Assembly (NCBI GenBank): GCA_903813345.2
Contig: CAIIXF020000001.1
Coordinates: 40,052,001-40,116,000 of the forward strand
From: Owenia fusiformis
Lineage: Eukaryota
Direction of reading: 5' to 3'
DNA length: 64,000 nt
The notes under the pieces: generated by a model
The model's input: the letters and a program-made list of their open reading frames with translations, nothing else
What the model was told of the DNA's origin: nothing
Database searches by the model: none
Program-made: the position numbers and the translations under genes
Shown: piece by piece, positions 11,118 to 23,500 of the stretch
How positions within the stretch are numbered: position 1 is the stretch's first letter
Layout of the letters: every line of letters starts with the position of its first letter

Positions 11118-14100
11118 AAGAGGTCCAAAGGTTGGTATGTAATAATTACTGTGGAGAGAAGTTTCTTTTAAGGAAACAAAAAGTAATACTGAAAAGATTT
11201 GTCACACAGGTTTTGTACACAACACAACTATTAACTCATTGGATTGTTAACTGCACATGACAAATACTATTGGTGATCTTATTCGGGTGGGAGTCTAACT
11301 TGGAAAATCAATTTGTTTTTTACACCAATAGTTAATAGAACAGAGTAATCCAGGATTATTCTATCGCTATAAAACAGGAATAAGTTATGTGTCTTGGAAT
11401 TGATAATTTGGCGAGTGCGCAAGTGTTACGAATGACATGTGATATGAATAAGTGATGCAGAGAGGCATTAATCGCCCATTTCCACACCGCAGCTGACGCT
11501 AAATCTCTGTTTAATAACCAAAAATCACATCGATTTTCGGCAAAGATTTAATAATGCATTTAATTCGATCGAAACTTTCACTTGTCAAGTATGGTAAGTC
11601 TTTGAAATCGGCCTCGACAGTTTATTGCAGTGCACGGATCTTGTGTCAGAGGTATAGCAAATGAGAGGCGCAGGATCGACAACAGTTGGCTTTGACTGGA
11701 AAATTCTCATGGGTGAAGTTTATTGTATAGGAGCTAGATGGACTACCGCTAACGGAGAGTTAATCAAAGAGCAGGGATGTTTAGATAACAGAACTGGAAT
11801 AAAAAGTGAATTTCAAAATTCGTATTCTATGATAGAATAAATAAAAAAGGTAAATATTTGTTTGTTATACAGTTGAATATGATAAATATATTTAACATTT
11901 CTAATTTTTAAATAGTGTGAGCTACAGTTAATCCAAGTATCATCTTAGGTCTATTTTAGAAATGCGGCATATTTGTGTACTTTATATATGTTAAAAACTG
12001 ATCGATCATTTTTAGAATTGTTATAAACTATTTATATTCTAGATACCAGTTATGTCTCTAAAGTCCCTACACCTGTCAAAAGAATTTATTTTTTCACTAA
12101 AACAATAGCGCTAAATCGGTTATCCTTCTGGCTGATTGAGTTAAAGTAGTCGGGTTCATCTCTCCCAAGGGTGCATTTCCCCTGAAATTACAATAAAAAG
12201 AAGTCATAGTTCTTGTATCTCCACTGGCTGACTTCTTGTGATATGATCAATTCATGGACTCGGGACTGGTCAACCGTTTCGTGCACTTAAACGCGTATTA
12301 GCCGATTCTAAATTTATTGAAGGGGGAACTGTAACGACCATGAGAAAGTCTTATTATTGTCGCCAAAATATCTGGACCTTGAAATACTAAACTGAGACAA
12401 GGAGGTACATTCCATTTGTATTTTGGACCAGTTTACTACCGGAGAGATGTAGTAAGTTGCGTTTTTCTGAAAAGAAGATCTGTAATCTATTCAATTGAGT
12501 TTTTGCAAATAAGTAATTCGCCCGGATATTATGCCATCTTTGTTATGTGCACCATAAGCATGTAATATACAATTTTACATTTAGGTCAACGAATACACGC
12601 GTGTATATGGTGAATCATGTAAGGTCGTCTCGCAAAGGTATTGGTAATTCAATTTAAAATGACGTGACGTGAAACTGAATCACAAAGGATCCCCTCCCTA
12701 AACATATTACAAATCAATTACCAACCAACACAACGTCTTTACAAATTGCCAATTCATGTAATGTTTGGGGCTTTGAATAATTTAACTAGTACGCACATAA
12801 ACTCATTAAAATGACGATATTTTGTTTAAAGATAGTCGATAAATAAATAAATTCCTGGGGGGTTGTTTTGATATTAGGTTCCATTGATACAATGGTAATT
12901 AAATTTCGAAGTGTTTCTGGTTGAGTATAATCAATGAACATTCATTAGGTTATCAAAATTGTTATTACTAAATGTGACACCCAAATTCATACAATATACT
13001 TGAAGAAGGCATGTCAAACATCAATTGATACGAACTACTAGTGTATTATCACTTTCATGCAGTAAACACATGGGAACAAAGTATAACGAACAGAAAACAA
13101 AGATATTATTGACAAATGAACATATTACGGCAATTGATTTCCTTGGGTTTCCAACCATGAACTTTAGTTACTGACAAAGCCTATGAAATATGTTAAAGAC
13201 AAGGCGCATAACGTGGCCCATTGCCTGTTACTGTTTTTAGAATCTATTCATCAATACCTTCAACGTCTTAAACTTGGCCTAAACCTGTATTCATATAACG
13301 TATATGTACATGTAAATAAATATAAAAAATTTAAATAAAAATAAAAAAAATAAATAAAAATATGAATAGAAATGCAAAATGTTGATTAAACGTAACTGCA
13401 TCGAAACTCTTTCGAAGCTCATTTTAACTTGTTGGAAAACTTCCAATTTTCGCAGGAGTTCATATAATCGGAATAAAATTGTGATTATCACCAGCAAGAA
13501 AAACGGTGGTTGATTTTAGAATACTGCCAAATCATTTTAATTTCGCATCGAACCATTTAGAGACAATTAAGGTACTAGCGTTTTGTTCCCACACTTCCAG
13601 GACATAATCATTTTAAAGCATTGTTTACGTTTTTAGATATGATTACTACGAGTATTTTGTTAGAAGAACATCAAACATCAAATTTGTTACCCGACCCTTT
13701 TTATAAATAATGGCCTAATTTCGATCGTGTCAGAAGAAACGCGATGTACAAAATAATATCGTTCTAGATCTGAAACAAATGATGTGCATATCTCAGGTAT
13801 GGCGAAATTGCCCCTTTAACCACAAAATTTAGAGATACTAAATTTCTAATTGAGGAAATAGAATATTATATTGTGATGTTAGAAAGAAGATGGTCCATTA
13901 TATCGTTTCACTTCCAGGAAAAATAGACACTGGAACATATAGAAGAGCTATTATTAACCTGGTTTTATATTGAAATGGAATATTCTCTAAGAATCTAATA
14001 ATTTGTTAAGAATCAGTTCTGAACTGAACAACGATTGATTATTTACACTGAGCCCCAGGCGGAAAGAGTAAATAATCCTACTTAGTACTGAACATAGAAA

Positions 14101-14573
14101 CTATTGCTTCTAAGGATGTTTAATTCCTGGAAAGGGCTTAATCACCAGCATTTTATTGTTTCGTCAAGCTAGTGGCCAGTTGTCCTTTTGACAGTTATGC
14201 CCATTCTGAGTCAAGTCGTGACTACTCATCATCATTAGAAGTTCTTGCGGCTCCCAAGGGAATGACATTTTGCTACTTATTGCTCGTAATTATCGCTGTC
14301 CACTTTTCGTTCAGATTTAGTAGGGCTTAAACATTCAATTTAACGTTTGAGCTGTTAGGATCAAACTCAGAGCCCTTTTTTAAAATGGTGGTGTATGACG
14401 GTGCGTGGCACAGAAGAGAAAAGTAATTCCCTTTGAAACAATAAAAAGGAAAAGCAGACTTTTTTAACATGTACAAATATGCACCATGAGAAAACACTTA
14501 ATATTGTTTCAAATGCTTTTAGATGACTGCAAAGATCTTCATGAGCTAAAAGCTAGATTGACATTCCTGAAAG

Positions 14574-17500
14574 ATGACTTCGAATCCATTTGCCATGTTC
14601 AGCCCAGTTGCAAGGATGAGGACATTATATGAGTCTTGTAAGGGCTCAAAAGATGAGACTTTCCAATTTGCTAGATTCAAAGGTGAATCCGAAACAGAAC
14701 TTTCGACGATACAACAGAATGGTACTCTTAGTAAACGCTCTAGTGTCGCTGCTGATGACACGGCCATTTCAAATGAAGCGTTCCCTAGTGATGTTAAAGA
14801 AGACCCCGGGGAGGATGTTCGTTTACATAAAGACCGCATTACAGAATGGCAGGCTGGTTATAATGTAACAAATGCCATCCAGGTTAGTGCGACCACTATG
14901 CTGCAGAATCTCTCATTCATGTTTTTTCTCGTGATTTGTACCTACGCCTCACATTTGCTCTACGGCGGCAGTACGGCGGCCGTAGCTTCACAAAATCGAT
15001 ATAGAAAATCAACATCGTATTGCTTATCACTATATTTTATGCTGCACATTCTCTTGATTTTGGGAACCTACGGCCGCCGTGTACGGCTACCGTAGATCAG
15101 GTAGACTTCGCCATTAAGTATGTGTGTAATTCTTTTTGCATCCTATATATTCAGATAGTTACACTACATACAGTAATAGTATAGTAATTAAAACAAATAA
15201 CGCTTTTTCAATAATCCCTTAATATCACATGATGATTTTAAATCCAGCAATAACACCCTTGGTATACGCAGCTAACGAAAATTGACCGGTACGGGTCAAA
15301 AGCTGGACCGGTACGGGTTAACGGTTTTATTTGAATTTAAAATAGCCATAACTTGCTCAATATTGACTTCCTCGTGTCTAACTTGAAATATATGATGCCT
15401 CCCGATGCTTTTAAGTACCCCAATATTTTACAGATTTTTAAACGGACCAAAACTCTCTAAATGCGCATTTATGCTCTTTTCTCTCGAGAACGACTGTCTC
15501 ATTTTCACGATAACTTTTATTTAGTACTTCTAACATATAAGATCTATTTTTCCCCATCATACATGCTATTTACATCTTGTGAGTTTCAATGACGCGCGTT
15601 TGATTTTATAAAAAATGCCAAACTTTGTGACAAAGAATTTCATCCTGCTTGCAGCGAGAAGACGGATCGGTTCGGGGCAATCTGCTTGCAGCGACAAGAC
15701 GGACCGGTTCGGGGCAATAGCTGATGAAATTCTTTGTCACAAAGTTTGGCATTTTTTATAAAATTAAATGCGCGTCATTGAAACTCACAAGATGTAAATA
15801 GCATGTCATTTACATCATACCTTGATGGGGAAAAATAGATCTTATATGTTAGAAGTACTAAATAAAAGTTATCGTGAAAATGAGAAAAGAGCATAAATGC
15901 GCATTTAGAGAGTTTTGGTCCGTTTAAAAATCTGTAAAAAATTGGGGTACTTAAAAGCATCGAGAGGCATCATATATTTCAAATTAGACACGAGGAAGTC
16001 AATATTGAGCAAGTTATGGCTGTTTTAAATTCAAATAAAACCGTTAACCCGTACCGTCCAGCTTTTGACCCGTACCGGTCAATTTTCGTTAGCTGCGTAT
16101 ACCAAGGGTGAATAACGAAATATTCATTTGAGTGACTTCGATAACTTGTCCCTATCAATTGTCAATTAGCCACAAATAAATTACTTTCTTCACTTTTTAA
16201 ATTAGGCGGTTTCATACTTTCTAAGTATCTGCAAAGTGGGGACAATTTCTTCCTGACATTTAGCTACTTCGTTCATAAACAGTCTTCAATACGTCTCATT
16301 CGCAGTTCGTTCAGATCGCACCATGTCAGTGTGCACACGTATTGCAATCGATATCCGATTGCACAACTTTGTATAACGCGTCCCTAGTAGGGTCGAAGTA
16401 CGTTGCTCCTGGTCTGAGAACGTTCATGAAGTTCGTGAATAGACCTTTGAAAGTTGCAGCTACGTTCATTCCGTTCGCATACAGTTTAAAACCAGTTTTG
16501 AAGAACGCAGTGGCAACTTGTTTGGTGTGATAGCTATATTTTTGCTGACTCATTCATAAGCAGTCTTTAATACGTTCTTAATCAGTTTAAACCCGTTTGC
16601 AATAAGTTCTACGTCGTTCTCAATACGTCCTCAGACAGTTCAACTCGTAAAACGTCCCTAGTAGGATTGAAGTACGACACTTCCGTTCGTAGTACGCCCA
16701 GGTCGCCGTTAGTACGTTGGCACTCGTTCTAATTGTAGAACGTGACGACCACGAGAACATTTTGAGCATGTTCTAAGTTCTAGAGAATCATCCCGTTCGA
16801 GTACGTTCGATGAAGTTTGTATATAGACCCCAAACGGTTTTAAGTACGCCCAGTCCGTTCGTACACAGCTGAAGCCCGTTTTCGAGAACGTAGTGAGAAC
16901 TAGTTTGGTGTGATAGTAGGGTAAACAGCGAGCAACACCAGCAATGAGCGTTCGATTTGCTAACCCCTCTTTCAAACCAAGCTAGTTCTTTAACCGTTTG
17001 TAGAAGCCCAATTGCTCTGGGCTACCCAAGTGTTCTGACTCTTGCCCAACTATTCTGACAACCCAAATGTTCCGCGTTCACTTATTTAAATCAGGCCAGG
17101 AGCCATGAATTCGTACGATCCAAGAATTTATAAATTTTATCTTTTGGGATTATTGGTGAATTCGTACGCTTCTAGGATTTTGGGGAATCCCTAAGATTGG
17201 TAATCCAGCGTAGTTTTAAGAATCGATTCATTTGACCAATCAAATCAAGGCTCTCTGTATCGCGTTTTCACATGCGGTATATGGCATATTCCGCAGGAGA
17301 GTATGACATATTCCGCAGTGAATTCGGATGATATTTATCGGAAAATCAATCTACCTACGTAGGTGGATTGATGCGGTATATTGCATTTCAGTGAATAACG
17401 ATACTCACTGCGGAATATGTCATACTCTCCTGCGGAATATGCCATATACCGCATGTGAAAACGCGATACAAAGAGCCTTGATTTGATTGGTCAAATGAAT

Positions 17501-20500
17501 CGATTCTTAAAACTACGCTGGATTACCAATATTGTTGGGGCTTCGAGTACTTATATATGAACTATGTACGTTTATTACGTGTAGTTGCAGAATGGTACTT
17601 CTGAAAGTATCAAGAATGTGTATATCGTGATTGTCAATACAACAATATATAAATACTCGTGATTATCTGGTCTTTGTGAACTGTTGATGAGGTTACAAAA
17701 GTCACTCATAAGCTTTGCGAATGTAGGTTCGTTTATTCAACATGTAACCCAAACATAAAACAACATCAAACAATACAGGTACCACTGGTGTATGTTATTC
17801 AATTATATTATTGATATACAATGCACTGACCCGTTGATCCTGTTATCCTTATAATAATTTATAGACTTTAGCCCGTTTCTTGAATCGATGTAATTGACAA
17901 TTGAGTACTGCCGTATCGCGTTACATTGGTTAGTGTGTATGCCATATACCGCTGGTGAATCCGTCATATATCGCAAGTGAATATATAGAGGTTATTTAAT
18001 GGGAGGGATGGAATATGGATTTTATTCCGAGGGAAAATATGATATTGGCCAAGGAAAATATCATATTGACCGAGGGCGATAGCCCGAGTGTCAATATGAT
18101 ATTTTCTGAGGCCAATATCATATTTTCTCAAGGAATAAATCCATATTCCATCACGACCATCAATAACCTATTTATTTCATAATATTTTAATATTTAATAT
18201 TTGTCACAGTAATAGACCTTTGTCACAGTAATAGACGTAAACTAGATGATAATAATTTCAATAATTTCAATTTTTCAAACGATTTTTTACTTCCTGTAGA
18301 GATGTGCTAGACGAAAAGCGTAAAACTCAAGAGAAATTACCGGGAATATTTCTGATACGGGATCTGATACGGGATTTTTGCTGATACGGGATCCAATACG
18401 GGATCTGATACGGGATTTTGGCTGATACGGGATCTGATACGGGATTTTTCAAATAACACTTTTATTCCCTGTTATTTTCCCAGGGAAAACATGTTATTAT
18501 GGAATAAACCATATTCTTTGCGGAATATGACACATATTTGTATCGTGTTCACCACCATGATGAAATTTATACGGATGGGATCACGGATCGTACGAATTCA
18601 CGGCCCCTGAAATCTTCCAAGAACGGGTGCCAACAATGATTTTGCTGGAAAAACCGTCGACCCCCAAAATTTGGGCCATTTTTAAAAGTTGATACCCATG
18701 TTTTCAAACTGCCCATTTTTCCAAAATAGAGCATATTCCTGAAATTGAGACCAACCCTAAATGTATTGATATACCCTATTCGAATATTATATCACTCAGG
18801 AGTGTTCAAAGCTGAAAAAATCGAACAAACAATGATGACAGATATCCAGATTCATATCTTCCAAAGGCTTGATTAAATCTCAAATTGGCATTTGAAACAT
18901 AACCACACCTCACCCACGCCGCAATTACAATTCAGATCTAGATAACTGGATAGTAATAATTCTAAGTCTAAATCTGCAAACATCTTAACTTGGGATACAT
19001 TTCCACTTCAATTAATTGTGATGACATATGAACTGCGAAGAAGTGTTTGCACATTATTTTACACAATATCGCTCCACATTGATTAAGAACTACTTAAGAG
19101 TTATTAATCCTAGTTTTTCATATTTACTTACGTTGATAGATTACACCTGCTATTCTGGTGTTAGCATACTCGTCCTCTATTGATTTTTCTCAGATTAAGA
19201 ATTCCCCAACATGAATTTTTGACATTGCTAACTATGTTATGGTTGCCATTAGTTCCGCTTCACACTAAAAACATTGAAGAAAATTTTGTCGCAATTAACT
19301 TCAGAGTGATTCATGTGAACGTGTATAATACCATTAATTAGACTAACATCACAACAAGGGTAGATCCCAAAAGTCAAATTATAACCCGTAGATCCAAACT
19401 AGTAAAAACAAATGAAAATGACGATATTGAGAAGAAAATGAAAAAGGAACAAAACGTGCTGGCCCCAGATGACCCTTCGTTTTGTGATTATGAGACACAC
19501 GCGCCACCTACTACGCAATCTACTTGCTGATAACCAGTTTTGTGGAATACAAATCCAATCACTCTGTAGAGAAAAAGAATGGGTCAACCAAAATTACCCT
19601 TTGCATTCGTTTGACTTCACTTCTTAAAAGAGAGCTTCGTCTTCGTAGTTGAACTAGACTCTGCACGCAGGGTAAACCAAAATAAAATTGATGAAATGAT
19701 TCTAACGACCTTCAAATTGCCCTGGCATTGTGTGATTTATTATGAGACCGACGCGCTGCCTACTGCCCTACCGAGGCTTCCTTGTGTCATTGCAATTTAC
19801 CAAAGATGATTTAGATTAGGATTTTGCAGTATCACCCAGCTCAAAACAGTCAAAAGCAGCCTTCCATCAAACATCAGACTGGCAAAACTCGAACTCACGA
19901 CCTTCAGATTGCCCTTGCATTATGGCCCTTGTGATTATGAGACGCGCTGCCTACTGCGCTACTGAGGCTTGCTTCCGCATTGCAATTTACCAAAGATCAT
20001 TTCGATTTTGCATAATCACACAGCTCAAAATATCAAAAGCAAACTTCAATAAAACATCAGACTGGCAAAAATGTGCCTGCCCCGAGTGAGGATCGAACTC
20101 ACGACCTTCAGATCGCTCTTGCATTATGGCCCTTGTGATTATGAGACTGACGCGCTGCCTACTGCGCTACCGAGGCTTGCATGTCTCATGGCAATTTACC
20201 AAATATGATTTCGATTTTGCAGAATCACTCAGCTCAAAATATCAAAAGCAAACTTCAATAAAACACCAGACTGGCAAAATTGTGCCTGTCCCGAGTGAGG
20301 ATCGAGCTCACGACCTTCAGAAAGCAAACTTCAATAAAACACCAGACTGGCAAAATTGTGCTTGCCCCGAGTGAGGATCGAACTCACGACCTTCAGATCG
20401 CTCTTGCATTATGGCCCTTGTGATTATGAGACTGACGCGCTGCCTACTGCGTTACCGAGGCTTGCATGTCTCATGGCAATTTACCAAATATGATTTCGAT

Positions 20501-23500
20501 TTTGCAGAATCACTCAGCTCAAAATATCAAAAGCAAACTTCAATAAAACACCAGACTGGCAAAATTGTGCCTGCCCCAGTGAGGATCGAACTCACGACCT
20601 TCAGATCGCCCTTGCATTATGGCCCTTGTGATTATAAGACTGACGCGCTGCCTACTGCGCTACCGAGGCTTGCATGTGTCGTAACTTACCAAAGATGATT
20701 TCGATTTTGCAGAATTACACAGCTCAAAATATCAAAAGCAAACTTCAATAAAACACCAGACTGGCAAAATTGTGCCTGCCCCGAGTGAGGATCGAACTCA
20801 CGACCTTCAGATCGCCCTTGCATTATGGCCCTTGTGATTATGAGACTGACGCGCTGCCTACTGCGCTACCGAGGCTTGCATGAGTCATGGCAATTTACCA
20901 AAGATGATTTCGTTTTGCAGAATCACACAGCTCAAAATATCAAAAGCAAACTTCAATAAAACACTAGACTGGCAAAATTGTTCCTGCCCCGAGTGAGGAT
21001 CGAACTAACGACCTTCAGATCGCCCTTGCACTATGGCCCTTGTGATTATGAGACTGACGCGCTGCCTACTGCGCTACCGAGGCTTGCATGTTTCATGGCA
21101 ATTTACAAAAGATGATTTCGATTTTGCAGAATCACACAGCTCAAAATATCAAAAGCAAACTTCAATAAAACACCAGACTGGCAAAATTGTGCCTGCCCCG
21201 AGTGAGGATCGAACTCACGACCTTCAGATCGCCCTTGCATTATGGCCCTTGTGATTATGAGACTGACGCGCTGCCTACTGCGCTACCGAGGCAACTTGAG
21301 ATTCTCCAGCTTAATTATTCATCCCTGCCACATCCAGCATAAAAACCACAATGGGCAATTTATATACAGGGCGTATCAAAAAAAACGCAACAAGCAGTTA
21401 TCTCATAAAATCACAAAACTAGTGATGACTATATCAATTTCATTCAATGTACTATAAAGCCACACCCCTCCTCTTTGCAATCATACATGTATGTCATTCA
21501 TTCACATGTTGTCATGGTTGGGTTGGAAATCCTTCCATTACAAGGTGGGTCAAAATCGGCTCTGGACCAAGTTTCAGAAATTGCAAAAATCAGTGCAAGA
21601 GCTAAGTGTCAATGGAAGTTCTCTTGTTTTTGTTGTGACTTTTTCTTTTGGAGCTATCTCAGGAACATCTGTGCTCACCATTCCTTCACTAGATATTGCA
21701 AAACGTCGAGAAGGAATTGCCAATGGGCTGCTTTTCTTAGCCTTAATCCACAGGTGACTCGGAGCTGAGCCATGAATGGCATGGAGAGATGAAAGATGTA
21801 TTCTTGCAAAAGTATGAGTATAAACACTTTACAGTCTATGTCACGCATCCCATACCTTCTTCCAATATCCTCTATGCCCCATGCACTGAGTTTTGCAATG
21901 TTTAAAACTTGCGCCTGAGCTGAATTTTGCCCCACTTTACAAAATAATGATTATTTGGACAACCATGATTGTTGACATTCCATTGTAAAGAGGAGTAATT
22001 TGGGTTTTTGGTACATTGTCGAATGAAAAGGATGCAGTCATCATTGGTTTTATGTTTTCTTCCAATATTGCATTGGGCTTGTGCACTGACTTTTGCGATG
22101 TTTATAACTTGGCCCAAAGGTAATGTTGGCCTACTTTGCTTAAGGAATGATTACTCGCCCACCCATGACCCAATATTAACGAATGATATACCATAAGAAA
22201 GATGAGACACATGGCTTTATGGTACATTGAATGAAATCAATGCTGTTATCACTTGTTTTGTGCTTATCAATAGTTTTTTGGACTCCCCAAACTGAGTTAT
22301 GGGATCAATCACTGGTTAGATACGAAATATATCTACACCAAAGCTTGTGTTTGCGTTTACATCAATAAAAGATCGAACCAATGGCAAAATAAGATTACCA
22401 CTCACCTTTACCGAGCCTTGCTGATAATTTGTTTTGGATTTCAACTGAATTGAAATATTATTAGTGTTGCCTGATATCAGAAAGTGAAAAGTATACATAT
22501 GCATGCATAATGACATCATATTTACTTGCATACGTAAAATTTAAAACTGAATGATTTCTGCTTCCGTCCTGTGTTATGTTCCAGTTCTATTTGAAAACTA
22601 ACGTGAAATAGGTGCATAGCGTACTCAGCGCAGACTAAACAGACAACCTTATATTCAGATATATGTTTTTCGCTTTTTGTGTTATATTTGGGAGTTCGGT
22701 AATCTAAACAGGCTTGAGGTGCAGTCCTTGGTCCCCCTTTAAAAACTTTTGTCCAACGCTTTCTTAAACGTGAGGGCCATTTTGTAGATTTAGACCCGGG
22801 ATTTAGGCCAAGTTTTTCCCAAACTTGTATAGGGATGTGCATTTTTGAAGATCTAGTTGCCAAATATTAGAAGTCAATAAATAACATAAAAAATATTTGT
22901 TGTTAAATATTGCTCGTAAGTTGTCTTCATCTGCAGTAATGAAATGAAATTGTTCTTAAATTACTCTTTCTCTGTTTTAGGGCATGTTCATCGTAACCTT
23001 TCCATATGCAGTCCTGCAAGGAGGATATTGGGCTTTATTTGCGATGGTATTTGTGGCGTATATATGCTGCCATACGGGAAAGATTCTAGTAGAATGCCTA
23101 TACGAAGAAGACGCAAATGGAGTAAAGCAGAGAGTTCGTAATAGCTATGTCCAAATCGCGGAGGACGCTTGGGGCAAACGCTTTGGTGCTAGAATAGTTA
23201 ATATTGCACAGTTTATAGAGTTATTAATGACGTGCATATTGTATGTATTACTATGCGGAGATTTGATAATAGGTAGCTTCCCCAATACAAAACTTAATTT
23301 GAGCATCTGGATCTTTCTTAGCAGTCTCCTTTTGTTACCCTGTGCGTTTTTGAAAAATCTGCGCCACGTATCGTGGTTGAGTTTCTGGTGCACAGTTGCG
23401 CATATGTTCATCAACGCGATCATCATTATATTCTGTCTGACCAAAGCCGGTGACTGGCATTGGTCTGCCGTACAAATAAAGATAGACATTTGGACATTTC

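Larger units (their letters stand above)
17097..18609. mobile_element. hAT-like non-autonomous element containing nested hairpin elements
   Basis: 25-bp TIRs CAGGAGCCATGAATTCGTACGATCC / GGATCGTACGAATTCACGGCCCCTG; TSD not clear. Confidence 0.65.
19465..21292 (-). repeat. Tandem array 2 of intron-containing tRNA-Met genes (~205-209-bp unit), inside the VIAAT intron
   Basis: Reverse-complement homologue of the array 1 unit including spacer; 26-nt intron; decayed copies at 19465-19518, 19705-19777, 19889-19968 and a 3' fragment at 20287-20320. Confidence 0.93.

Noticed and set aside
14523..14549. ATG immediately after a tttag acceptor as the VIAAT start
   Set aside because: Terminates after 8 codons (at most a uORF); 14574 is the first ATG open into the transporter. 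An upstream non-coding exon is plausible but could not be located.
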